Assembly: GCA_013286425.1 (NCBI GenBank)
Contig: JABDFS010000002.1
Coordinates: 534 to 64,533, forward strand
Direction: 5' to 3'
DNA length: 64,000 nt
Source of the DNA: Bacteroidota bacterium
GTDB lineage: Bacteria; Bacteroidota; Bacteroidia; Chitinophagales; Chitinophagaceae
The notes below the pieces were generated by a model, which was not told the origin of the DNA, did not search any database, and saw only the letters and a list, made by a program, of their open reading frames with translations. The translations under genes were made by a program, and so were the position numbers. Every line of letters begins with the position of its first letter. The stretch's first letter is position 1. This document shows, piece by piece, positions 19,292-28,868 of the stretch.

Positions 19292-20936
19292 TTTCTGATT
19301 GTTTTACCGGTAATAATATTTTGAAAGAAGAGCCTTTACCAGGAGCGCTTTCTGCTTTAATATTACCATTATGCAACTCGACAATTTTACGACAAATAGC
19401 AAGACCAAGGCCAGTACCTTCAAAATCTTTTTTAGGATGCAGGCGCTGAAATAATTTAAAAATATCAGGTAAATGCTCAGTTCTAAACCCAATACCATTA
19501 TCCCGGATTTCTATTTCAAAATAGCCGTCTTTTTCCTGGCTTAAAACCTGTATAACCGGCGCAATATCTTTCGCCGAAAATTTCAGTGCATTACTTATTA
19601 GATTACTGAAAAGCTGGTGCATCATTCTTTCATCGCCGGTAATTTCAGGTAAGTTATGTACCTGTAAATTGGCTTTTTTTTCTTCTATAACCAATTCCAT
19701 ATCCTGCTTTACATCTACAATTACTTTATTAAGATCAACAGTTTTAAATATTATTGATTCTTTGTTTACCTGGGAAAACGATAAGAGATCAGAAATAAGT
19801 TCACGCATTCTGATTGCAGCCGAATGCATTGTAGCTAAATATTTTATACCCTTATCATCAAGGGTGTTTTTGTAGGCTTCTAAAAGATAATCACTGTAAT
19901 ACAATAACTTTCTTACAGGTTCCTGCAAATCGTGTGATGCAATAAATGCAAACTGTTGCAACTCACTGTTGCTGCGGTTAAGTTCTGTAATATAATCTTC
20001 CAATACCTGTTGATTTTGCTTTAGCTGGGTTTGCGCATGTTTAAGTTCAATATTGTCTTTAAGTGTTTCTTCAAAAACTTTTTGTGCATGTATATCAACT
20101 ATATAACCTATCCAGTATAAAATTTCGTCGCCGGTATTTTTTAAAGGGGAAATGGAAACCTGGTGCCACAGGTAATCGCCGCTGATATTGTTTTTTAAGC
20201 GCGCCTGTATTTTCATGGTAATTGTACCGCGTGTTATATCATTATTCAGCAACAATAAAAATGAATTATAATCTTCTTCAAATACAACAGTCTTCCATTT
20301 TGTAGTGTTGAGTTTTTCAATAGTCAAACCGGTAAAACTTAATAACCATTCATTGGCGTAAATAAGTTGCCCATCGTTATCTAAAGTGAAAATTGTTAGC
20401 GGTAATGAATTGGTAAGCGTTTTATATTGCGATTCGCTTTTTTGTATTTTTTCAGAAAGATCCTGCAGTTGTTCGTTCTTTCTTTTTAATTCTTCATAAG
20501 GCGAAACAGGCGGTTCATTCCTGAATAAAGTTCTCCACTCATCTAATTTTTTAATATCAATTTTAAAAGGGGGCGCTACGTAATAAAATAATTCAATTGA
20601 TGTTTCATCATCATTTGATGAAACGTTGTATTTGTTTACAAGGCGTTTGGCATAAGCTAACCCTTCTTTATATTTTTCATTTTCGGGTTGATTATCTTTT
20701 ATACGTGCAACAATATATTTATCTCTTTTATTTATTTCAATACACAGGGTTAGTGAGCCATTTCTTTTACTTTCAATTGTGTTTCTTGCAACTTCTGAAA
20801 CGGCAGTAGCAAATGTAGTTTGTGCCGATAACGATAAACCTGTAAACTCGCCCAGCTTCATAGAACGCTTGTTGGCCAGGATTAAATCCATTTCATTTTC
20901 AAGCGAAATTTTTACTAACTCATGCATATTATACAT
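19260..20936 (-). CDS. Histidine kinase with N-terminal RsbT-like domain and PAS
   Basis: N-terminal FATAVSEVARN resembles RsbT LITAASELVRN; PAS; ASHDLQEP H-box; NALKF, DNGIG, GTGLGL. Confidence 0.88.
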   Translation of the reverse strand: MYNMHELVKISLENEMDLILANKRSMKLGEFTGLSLSAQTTFATAVSEVARNTIESKRNGSLTLCIEINKRDKYIVARIKDNQPENEKYKEGLAYAKRLVNKYNVSSNDDETSIELFYYVAPPFKIDIKKLDEWRTLFRNEPPVSPYEELKRKNEQLQDLSEKIQKSESQYKTLTNSLPLTIFTLDNDGQLIYANEWLLSFTGLTIEKLNTTKWKTVVFEEDYNSFLLLLNNDITRGTITMKIQARLKNNISGDYLWHQVSISPLKNTGDEILYWIGYIVDIHAQKVFEETLKDNIELKHAQTQLKQNQQVLEDYITELNRSNSELQQFAFIASHDLQEPVRKLLYYSDYLLEAYKNTLDDKGIKYLATMHSAAIRMRELISDLLSFSQVNKESIIFKTVDLNKVIVDVKQDMELVIEEKKANLQVHNLPEITGDERMMHQLFSNLISNALKFSAKDIAPVIQVLSQEKDGYFEIEIRDNGIGFRTEHLPDIFKLFQRLHPKKDFEGTGLGLAICRKIVELHNGNIKAESAPGKGSSFKILLPVKQSESVHESENTFS

Positions 20937-21945
20937 TTAGTGAGCACACCATTACAGAGGTATCATCCGTATGTCTTGCAAAATCTTTGAACAGGCCCGC
21001 ACAAAACACTGTATTGTCATAGCGAAATACAGAAGGATATTTTGTGCTGTCCCAACGCGATTTAATGCCATCGCTGCACATAATAATACGCTGCCCTTTT
21101 TCATAAGCAACTTCCTGTGCGTTCAGCGTGTTGGGTATGTTTAAACCTATTATGCCGTTATAGCTTAAATGATTTTTTGAATTTGTTGGATTAATTATTT
21201 TGGTTGCAATATTTCCTACACCGCATATTTGCCATTTCCTTGCATCTATATCAAATACAACTACTGTGCCCACAAGCCCCCTGGTTTTTTTTACGGCAGT
21301 ATTTATAAAACGAATTATTTCACCGGGATCCGTTTCAGAACAATGCATAAATGCTTCGCCTGCTTTTTCCACGGCAGCAGCAGCTTCAACACCATGGCCA
21401 AGGCCATCACCCAAAAAAAGTTTTAAATGTGTATCAGAAGCAGTGTAATAAAAAGCATCGCCACAAGCTGTTTCTCCATGTTTTGGAATGATAAGCGTTT
21501 TAATTACAGCAATTGCAGGTTTTTTAAATTTTGATAATTCTTCCTCAAACATCCTTACGAGTACTACGGTGCCCCAGTCTTTTTGCGAATACACCTGGAA
21601 AACATCACATAACCTGTTCATAGCGCCCAGCCCCTGGCCCAGTGTATTTTTGGTGGAAGTACCGTCTGATATCATCCTCGCTACATCGGTCATGCCGGGG
21701 CCTTCATCAATACTTATTATTTCTATGCCCTGTTTATTATCTTCTTCAATAAGTTTTACAAGTATTACCCCTTCATCGGCATGTTTTACAAGGTTGCTCA
21801 CCATTTCAGATACAACAATATCTATCTGCCCAATCTTATGTGTGCCAAAATTTGCAAGAGTTGCTAACGCATGAATTTCTTTTTTAAGAATAGCTGAATA
21901 ACTTCTGTCGGTAGCTTTGTATACGGCGTGTGTAGTATTAACCAT
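20929..21945 (-). CDS. HATPase + SpoIIE/PP2C phosphatase fusion (RsbX-like)
   Basis: SEMVSNLVKHA, DEGPG, GQGLG; CGD, DGLGHG, SDG, DD PP2C motifs. Confidence 0.85.
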   Translation of the reverse strand: MVNTTHAVYKATDRSYSAILKKEIHALATLANFGTHKIGQIDIVVSEMVSNLVKHADEGVILVKLIEEDNKQGIEIISIDEGPGMTDVARMISDGTSTKNTLGQGLGAMNRLCDVFQVYSQKDWGTVVLVRMFEEELSKFKKPAIAVIKTLIIPKHGETACGDAFYYTASDTHLKLFLGDGLGHGVEAAAAVEKAGEAFMHCSETDPGEIIRFINTAVKKTRGLVGTVVVFDIDARKWQICGVGNIATKIINPTNSKNHLSYNGIIGLNIPNTLNAQEVAYEKGQRIIMCSDGIKSRWDSTKYPSVFRYDNTVFCAGLFKDFARHTDDTSVMVCSLNV

Positions 21946-22351
21946 TCTTCCATTTAATTATAGAAACTGTAGTTCCCTGGCCCGGGGTGCTTTTAATATC
22001 AAATTCGTTTACCAACCTTTTGGTGCCCGGCAATCCTATACCGAGACTTTTGCCTGAAGAATATCCATCTTTCATTGCCAGTGCAATATCTGCTATGCCC
22101 GGCCCTTTATCGCTAAATGTAAGGCGTATTCCATTATCCCTTCCTTCACTTATTACTTCAATTAAAACCACTCCGCCATTACCATATTTAAGCATATTTC
22201 TAACCAGTTCGCTGGCAGCAGTAATAAGCTTGGTCTGGTTTACCAAACTCATTCCTATTTTAACTGCATACTCTTTAACACGGCCTCTGAAAGGCACCAC
22301 ATCCTGCTCTCTCTCAATTTTCATGCTGTCCTTACTCAGTACTATCTTCAT
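21938..22351 (-). CDS. rsbT: Stressosome Ser/Thr kinase RsbT
   Basis: TAASELVRNM, DKGPGI, DGYSSG.SLGIGLPGTKRLVNEF; likely start MKIVL at 22351. Confidence 0.92.
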   Translation of the reverse strand: MKIVLSKDSMKIEREQDVVPFRGRVKEYAVKIGMSLVNQTKLITAASELVRNMLKYGNGGVVLIEVISEGRDNGIRLTFSDKGPGIADIALAMKDGYSSGKSLGIGLPGTKRLVNEFDIKSTPGQGTTVSIIKWKNG

Positions 22352-22733
22352 CAGTTTCATCAGGCGGTTCTTCGTCTGACGCAATTTTTTCTTTTAATAA
22401 TTCCATCCCCTTTTCTACATTCAGCGCAGTATGCACACCCTTTAGCTCAAGGCCGAGTTCTATTAATGTTATTGCAACAGCAGGCTGCATGCCTACAACA
22501 ACAGTTTCTGCATCCATAATTTTCGACATGCTTCCGATGTTACCCAAAATGCGCCCCATAAAAGAATCAACTATACTAAGTGCGGATATATCAATTAAAA
22601 CACCCTTTGCCTCTGTTTTATTTACCATTTGTACCAGGTCAGATTCGAGGTTAGTGGCAAGCCTGTCGTAAAGGTCGATCTGAATAGTGACTAACAAAAA
22701 TTTCCCCATACGGAGAATAGGAATTCTGTCCAT
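22332..22733 (-). CDS. rsbS: Stressosome STAS protein RsbS
   Basis: RIPIL, GVLIDIS, VDSF phospho-site, GMQPAVAITL. Confidence 0.93.
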   Translation of the reverse strand: MDRIPILRMGKFLLVTIQIDLYDRLATNLESDLVQMVNKTEAKGVLIDISALSIVDSFMGRILGNIGSMSKIMDAETVVVGMQPAVAITLIELGLELKGVHTALNVEKGMELLKEKIASDEEPPDETDEDSTE

Positions 22734-22740
22734 AACTTAA

Positions 22741-23604
22741 TTAAACAATTTTTTCTTTTTGAACTTTTCTTACTTCAAGTCTTAAAATACCAAACGCATG
22801 TTTTAACGCATTTGCCAATGTTGCTTTTGTAACAATGCTCGAAAGGTCAATGCCCAAATGCACAACGGTTTGTGCAATTTCAGGCCTGATGCCACTTATA
22901 ATACATTCTGCACCCATTAACCTTGTGGCAGCCACCGTTTTAATTAAATGTTGTGCTACCAATGAATCTACCGCCGGCACTCCGGAAATATCAAGTATAG
23001 CAATAGTACTGCCGCTTGCCACAATTTCCTGCAGCAGGTTTTCCATTACAACCTGTGTTCTTGCACTGTCTAAAGTACCTATAATCGGCAGGGCAAGAAT
23101 GCCATCCCAAACACGTATAACCGGTGTTGATATTTCAGTGATTTCATCTGTTTGCCTTAATATAATTTCTTCGCGCCCTTTTAAATATGTTTCAAATGTT
23201 AGTATGCCCATGCTATCCATCAGCTTATTTGTTTTAAGCATGGCATCTAATAAGGTTGACGGGTCATCTTTTAATTCAGTTTGTAAGGTTTTAAGTAAAG
23301 CGTCTTTTAAACTGAAAACGTATATGCCTGTTTCTCTTGGTGAAAATCCCTGTTTGGCACGGGAAACAGAGATGCCCGCCAATATCTCATATACAGGTTC
23401 AAATTCCTTTGATTCAACATCAGAAAAGTTCTTATCCGTTAAAGCCTTTAATAAACCATCCAGCAATTCTGCAGACTGTTCGCGCAGTTCATCATTACTC
23501 ATCAGGTCTTCCCTCAATGTAGCATCAGCTAGCTGGTTATTTATCCAGTCTTCTAAAATTTGTTTCTTTTTCTTCTGCAACAGTTTTGAAATATCTTGTT
23601 TCAT
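22741..23604 (-). CDS. rsbR: Stressosome RsbR (N-terminal sensor + STAS)
   Basis: EISTPVI, LPIIGTLDSART, VDSLVAQHL, GIRPEIAQT. Confidence 0.93.
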   Translation of the reverse strand: MKQDISKLLQKKKKQILEDWINNQLADATLREDLMSNDELREQSAELLDGLLKALTDKNFSDVESKEFEPVYEILAGISVSRAKQGFSPRETGIYVFSLKDALLKTLQTELKDDPSTLLDAMLKTNKLMDSMGILTFETYLKGREEIILRQTDEITEISTPVIRVWDGILALPIIGTLDSARTQVVMENLLQEIVASGSTIAILDISGVPAVDSLVAQHLIKTVAATRLMGAECIISGIRPEIAQTVVHLGIDLSSIVTKATLANALKHAFGILRLEVRKVQKEKIV

Positions 23605-23820
23605 GTAAAAAATTAAGGAGTTAAATATAGTGTAGAAATATAAGGCCGGATAAAATTACATTTTGCAATAATACAAGCAGTAATTTGATTTATAAAAAGC
23701 ATAGGCCTAAAATGGTCAAACGGCTTATTTTCTTTTGCGGAAAAGGAAAGTTATGTAATATAAACCTGCGTTGCGTTTTGTGCTCTGCGGGTTGGCATTA
23801 CATTACGTTTTAAAAAATTT

Positions 23821-25455
23821 TTATTGTTTAATAAATGCCTGTTTAACGGTTATAGTATTGTTTTCTGAAACAATTACGTAATAAATGCCTGCAGAAAAGT
23901 TATCCAGTTTCAAATTATACTGTGCATCCTGAACATTGGCCTGCAGCACCGGTTTACCCTGCGCATTCAGTATTTGTATCACAGATTTTACCTTGTTGTT
24001 TAACCCGGAGATGGTTAGATGATCCGTTGCAGGATTGGGCGATAGAAGAACGGCAGGCAATGGCTTATTTACAGAAAAATTATCTGCACGCACTGTGGTA
24101 CTGCCTGCCACAATATTCTGAGGTACTACACTGTTAAGATAACGGGATATATAGTAATAACCGGTAACGCTTACCCCAACAAGCGGGTAGGCGAGTGTTA
24201 CAATTTTACTGTCCTTCTGTAATAATACCTGGCTTACCAGCAATTCGCTGTATTGGGTTACAGGATTGGGAAGGTTGCCGTTATTTGCAAACGTGCTGTC
24301 CGGGTTACCGCTTTTCAGGTATCTTGTTATTACATTTCCTGAAAAATCTTCATCAGGGCCTGCGTTGCTTACCAGGAATTTATAATCCGGCTGTACAGTA
24401 AGGCATCCTATGGCCGGTGGCAGTTCGAAGAAAAGGTAATTATTATAAATAGCTAATACGCCGTTGGTTGCAAAAGATGAATCTATTGTTCCGTTTTTGG
24501 TGTACCTGTACACCCTGTCTGTACTAAAGCCGCCGCCATCATCAAAATATTGTACCTCGTCAGCCAGGTACATAAAACTGCCATCAGGCAATACAGCCAG
24601 GCTATGTAATATCTCTCTGTAATTTCCAATTTTATTACATGTTACAAGCCCGCCTGTGCCAAAGCTCAAATCTCTTGTACCGTTACTGTTAAAACGGGCG
24701 ATATCCACAAAAGTAACCAGTATCTTTCCATCCGGTTGAACTCCTAACGGCTGTGAATTATAATAATAATCACCACCGGCAACACCAATTGTTTTATACT
24801 GAAAATAATTAAAACCTGTGCCATTAAAAGTTTTATCCGGTAAGCCATTTGGCTGAAGCCTGATTATCGCGCATTCATCTACATTATTAAGCCTGAAACT
24901 TCCCGAAACAAGTATTTTATTATTTGGTAAGATGACCAATGCATCCGGCTGAGCCTTCACATGAATATTCCGATTGATATAAGTAAAAACACCATTATTG
25001 CCAAAAGATGAGTCGGGGCCGCTTCCATCAGCTTTAAATTTAGCTATTGTAAAATTTGCATCAGGGTTTAAAGCAGACGCATCTGTTGTTATCACTATTT
25101 TACCGGTAGAATCTACAGCCAGGGCTGCTATGCTAAAATATAATAAATCAGGAAAAACTTCTATAGTACCTTTTTTACCGAAGCTTTTATCGGGCAGACC
25201 ATTTTTATCAAATTTGGATAAATAAACATGATTGCCATAAGAAATATCGGAATAATAAGATGAACTGGCTACAATGTAGCCACCCTGTGGCAGCTGTACT
25301 ATTTTGTCTGCGCTTATGCTGTTATCAGTTGTTCGCAGTTTAACAGGAACGGTAACCATGCCATTAGTGCCAAAAGCAGGATCCGGTGAGCCATCCTGGG
25401 CGTAGGTGCAATAAAAACTAACAATAAAAGCAAGGAGGGATAAAGTTTTTTTCAT
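23821..25455 (-). CDS. Secreted delta-60-repeat beta-propeller protein with T9SS type A CTD
   Basis: Signal peptide; repeated G.PD.SFG..G and QPDGKI motifs; C-terminal SPNPA..GIY..K. Confidence 0.85.
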   Translation of the reverse strand: MKKTLSLLAFIVSFYCTYAQDGSPDPAFGTNGMVTVPVKLRTTDNSISADKIVQLPQGGYIVASSSYYSDISYGNHVYLSKFDKNGLPDKSFGKKGTIEVFPDLLYFSIAALAVDSTGKIVITTDASALNPDANFTIAKFKADGSGPDSSFGNNGVFTYINRNIHVKAQPDALVILPNNKILVSGSFRLNNVDECAIIRLQPNGLPDKTFNGTGFNYFQYKTIGVAGGDYYYNSQPLGVQPDGKILVTFVDIARFNSNGTRDLSFGTGGLVTCNKIGNYREILHSLAVLPDGSFMYLADEVQYFDDGGGFSTDRVYRYTKNGTIDSSFATNGVLAIYNNYLFFELPPAIGCLTVQPDYKFLVSNAGPDEDFSGNVITRYLKSGNPDSTFANNGNLPNPVTQYSELLVSQVLLQKDSKIVTLAYPLVGVSVTGYYYISRYLNSVVPQNIVAGSTTVRADNFSVNKPLPAVLLSPNPATDHLTISGLNNKVKSVIQILNAQGKPVLQANVQDAQYNLKLDNFSAGIYYVIVSENNTITVKQAFIKQ

Positions 25456-25656
25456 ATACTATTAGATTTTACCAAATTTATCAAACATTTAAATAGCGTT
25501 AAAATAATTAACCCTGCCGGCAGTAAATTTTCCTTCTTCGAATGTTTCTTAAAGGACTTTTGTGTGTTAGCCCGGGATATTGCGTTTTAAAACCATATTG
25601 ACCTTTTCTTACATATGCCCGGACTAAGAGACATTCGTGGCAAAGAAAATCACAAT

Positions 25657-25691
25657 GCCGGGTGCAGGTGTTGTAAACATAGATGCTTCAA
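25657..25691 (+). repeat. 35-bp direct repeat, right copy
   Basis: GCCGGGTGCAGGTGTTGTAAACATAGATGCTTCAA. Confidence 0.9.
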
Positions 25692-25757
25692 ATAATTTGA
25701 GTTAGGTTTGCGTGTTTCCGTACTTAAATAAGATACTACTACCGAAACCTAAAAAGA

Positions 25758-25979
25758 ATGAACAATCAGACTAAAGACCTTTATAATATATCAAGAGGTA
25801 TATCAAAAGCAATAAGGGAGATGCCTAAAGATTACAGATTAAATTTTTTAAGAGAATCCGATCCTACCAATCAATCGTTAGAGAACCTTTATAGAGAGGC
25901 AATAGAAATTGAAGATTATGAAACCTGTGCCGTTGCTAAAGAGCTGATATTAGAAAGAGGGCTTATAATTCCAAATTGA
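25758..25979 (+). CDS. Small hypothetical protein with UVR (UvrB/UvrC)-like C-terminal motif
   Basis: LENLYREAIEIEDYETCAVAKELI resembles the UVR coiled-coil; A-rich start context. Confidence 0.55.
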   Translation: MNNQTKDLYNISRGISKAIREMPKDYRLNFLRESDPTNQSLENLYREAIEIEDYETCAVAKELILERGLIIPN

Positions 25980-26209
25980 GATTAAAAAAATCCATTGCAG
26001 TAAGAATTAAGAAAGTGATTGAATTAAATCGTTTGGCAAACGTATTGAGCATTGGGTTGCTTATTTTCACCTATACACCTGAATTTGTATTGCCCCGAAA
26101 CATACAATAACCGCCATCACAATTTTGAATGGAATAAATAGAAATGCTACTAATCAATTATTTAATCCCTGAGGGCTTAACAGATATATAGTTATCTCTT
26201 GAGACTACG

Positions 26210-26440
26210 CTAAACAGCTATGCATTCTACGCCGGGCCAGGGATTGCAAGCTATGCTCATGCTTATTAATATTTTTCCATCCGGTTGTAAAGCGGACGCC
26301 CGGGCAAGCCCAATAAAATCCATACTGTCTGTTACCGTTATAACAAATCCTTTATTGCCAAATGATTGGTCAACACTCATTTGCTGACAGTAATTGATGC
26401 TAAAAATTGCTACATATAAAACAGTAAAAAGTGTTTTCAT
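26210..26440 (-). pseudogene. 5' fragment of a second delta-60-repeat secreted protein
   Basis: MKTLF signal peptide, VDQSFGNKG, LQPDGKIL, then a stop after one repeat. Confidence 0.65.
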
Positions 26441-26594
26441 AAAGCTATAAATGTTCATTTCCTGAATGATTCGGCTAAGTAAATATCTGTAATTAGTTAA
26501 AATGAATCAGGAGATAAATACCCTGTTCTTTTGTGAAATAACACCTTGGTGACTACATTTTTTCCTGCTATCTTTTAGCCTGAATTTAAAACGC

Positions 26595-26662
26595 GGTGTC
26601 TCATTTTCCGTTTATAAGTCATGCTATGAGACCCGGCTACGACGAAAGCCGAATGTTAGCGA
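26595..26662 (-). repeat. Truncated attC-like site after the SDR gene
   Basis: TCGCTAAC core 28 nt after the stop; inner GTCTCAT/ATGAGAC stem; outer partner arm missing. Confidence 0.5.
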
Positions 26663-26690
26663 TTCGTTGTTTTCTTGTATTTCGTAATAT

Positions 26691-27617
26691 TTATTTTATA
26701 AAACGATGTATTGCTTTGTCAGCATTATCTTGAAATGAAGTATTTTTCAAAACAGTGAAAAAAGTGCTCTGGTCAACCATGTCACCTGATAACTTACCCT
26801 CTTTACTTGCATAAAAGACACCACTTTTATATCGCTCATCCGAAATGCCATCTACAAAGCGTTTTGCACCTACTTCCAGCTTATGCACCATTCCACCCAT
26901 CAATGGGAGTACAACAGGCATCATAAAATACTTCAACATAAATTTCATTGCCGGGGGAAGATTATTTGGTGCCAGAGTTCCTTGTGTGTTACCTGGACTT
27001 ACAACAACAAATTTGAGGTTAGGGTATTTTCTTGCCATGGATAAGGTCCACATTGTTGCCACATATTTAACGTATCCGTATGCTTGCGTTACGTCGAATT
27101 TATTACCAAAATATGATCCATCAAGAACAGCAGCAAACTCATCGACAGAAGAAGTCCTCATTGAAACTGGTTTCATTCCGAGCAACTTTACACCTGGCAC
27201 AGCTTCCGCACTTACAGATAGCACTGCTTTTTTTAACTTCTCATGTTTTATTAATTCCTCCACTAAAACGACATGACCTAAAATATTGGTAGCAGCCAAT
27301 TCATTCATACCGGAGGGCGTAACTTTTTCAGCCGTTTTTCCAACCATTCCACCTGCATTTAAAATTACGGCATCAATAGGTTCTTTTATTTTTTCTACTG
27401 CTTTTCTTACAGAATTTGTATCCGAAACATCCCCAATAATAATTTCAAAGATCTTTTTCGCCGTTTTCTCCTCAAGGTCTTTTTTTGCTGCCTCTGCTTT
27501 CGCTTGATTTCTACAGAAAAGAATTACTTTTTTTGTTTCTTTTTTCAATGCTAACTGCCGGGCAGTCTCTTTCCCAAGCCCAATATTTGCTCCGGTTATT
27601 AATATGCTTTCATTCAT
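26691..27617 (-). CDS. Short-chain dehydrogenase/reductase
   Basis: ITGANIGLG, LNAGG, YGYVK (YxxxK), SPG. Confidence 0.9.
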   Translation of the reverse strand: MNESILITGANIGLGKETARQLALKKETKKVILFCRNQAKAEAAKKDLEEKTAKKIFEIIIGDVSDTNSVRKAVEKIKEPIDAVILNAGGMVGKTAEKVTPSGMNELAATNILGHVVLVEELIKHEKLKKAVLSVSAEAVPGVKLLGMKPVSMRTSSVDEFAAVLDGSYFGNKFDVTQAYGYVKYVATMWTLSMARKYPNLKFVVVSPGNTQGTLAPNNLPPAMKFMLKYFMMPVVLPLMGGMVHKLEVGAKRFVDGISDERYKSGVFYASKEGKLSGDMVDQSTFFTVLKNTSFQDNADKAIHRFIK

Positions 27618-27717
27618 TTTTATCGCTTTTTATTATTATAAATCACGATGCAAAAATGAAACTTGAAATAAATTCACACTTGGCTGTAAAGTTCAAAAAC
27701 TGGTAAATTCAGTTCAA

Positions 27718-28551
27718 CTACTTCTTTCGATACTTAGAAGGCAATTGATTATACTTTTGTTTGAAGGTCTTTGTGAAATGTGAAGTATCCTGAAAGCCCA
27801 CTTCGTAACAAATTTCAGATACAGATAATTCGGTTGATTGTAATAGTTCAAGAGCCTTTTCCAATTTCTTTTCTTTAATGAAATTGGCTGGTGTATTACT
27901 AAACTGTGTTTCAAAATCTCTTTTAAATGTTGAAAGGCTTCGTCCAGTCAAACGGGCTAAATCAACTATAGAAATAGATGAGTATAAATGTGCTTCTACT
28001 ACCTCAAATAAACCTGCTTGTCTTGGATTAAATAAATGAGAGAATAAGGTAATTATATTTTCTGCATTGTCTGTTTGAAGCAGCAGCAGGATGAGTTCTT
28101 TGATTTTTAATTTAAGCAAATCGTCTGTAACCAAATGTGGGTTCTCAAAATAAAAATCAAGGCTTTGGATGAAATGGGCTATAACACTTTGTTTTTCTAT
28201 TTTCCTGATGTAGGATTTGATAGCATCGTCTTTTATGAAATTTGGAAATTCGTGTTTGTATAATTCTTTCAAAATGTCTGGGTATAGATGAACAGCAAAA
28301 ACTTCACAAGTCTTAGCAGGTAGTTTTTGAATTGCATTTACGAAGTAGTTACCACATCTAAGTAAAACACTTTCCTCTGTTTGAATAGATAAGTTGTCGG
28401 TTGGGGAAGTGACAGATAATTCTCCCTCTTTTAGATAAGTAAAACAGGCTTCGTCTTGAAAAACTGAATCAAGTATTAATGGTGGCTTGATTATTAATTT
28501 TTCAATTGCACATTTATTATTGATGTCAAAATGTTTTCTGTCAAGAATCAT
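27718..28551 (-). CDS. AraC family transcriptional regulator
   Basis: LARLTGRSLSTFKRDF; SVSEICYEVGFQDTSHFTKTFK. Confidence 0.93.
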   Translation of the reverse strand: MILDRKHFDINNKCAIEKLIIKPPLILDSVFQDEACFTYLKEGELSVTSPTDNLSIQTEESVLLRCGNYFVNAIQKLPAKTCEVFAVHLYPDILKELYKHEFPNFIKDDAIKSYIRKIEKQSVIAHFIQSLDFYFENPHLVTDDLLKLKIKELILLLLQTDNAENIITLFSHLFNPRQAGLFEVVEAHLYSSISIVDLARLTGRSLSTFKRDFETQFSNTPANFIKEKKLEKALELLQSTELSVSEICYEVGFQDTSHFTKTFKQKYNQLPSKYRKK

Positions 28552-28565
28552 TTCTTATTTTTTCT

Positions 28566-28766
28566 CCACAACGTCTCTTCTTCTTGCTTTTGAGCAGGAG
28601 CAAGGACATTGCGGCTTTATGAACATAATTTCGTTAGATCAACATCCCTTAACTCTATAAAATTTAGGCATGGTTGAAATTAAGGGAAAAGACGGACTCT
28701 TGTGCTTCGTAAGCAGCAATGTCCTTTGCCGGGCTTATCGCTTTGCTAAAGAGAAAACATTGCGGA
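28566..28766 (-). repeat. attC-like long hairpin
   Basis: CCACAAC (28566) ... ATTGCGGA; inner GCAAGGACATTGCGGC (28600-28615) pairs with GCAGCAATGTCCTTTGC (28713-28729). Confidence 0.6.
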
Positions 28767-28778
28767 AAAGGAAATAAT

Positions 28779-28855
28779 AATCCTGTTATTGGTTGACTAC
28801 TGTTGAAGTTATGTTATAAGTCCGCCGACATAACGCCAATGCCTTAGTTAGCCGT
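28779..28855 (-). repeat. Half attC-like site after the 28869-29555 gene
   Basis: ACGGCTAAC core 13 nt after the stop; shares TCCTGTTATTG.TT.ACT with the 29570-29711 site. Confidence 0.55.
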
Positions 28856-28868
28856 TGTAAAGTTTTCT

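Noticed and set aside
22835-23608. 257-aa plus-strand ORF and the many other antisense or overlapping ORFs in the track
   Set aside because: They are shadows of well-supported genes on the opposite strand or frame and show no motifs.
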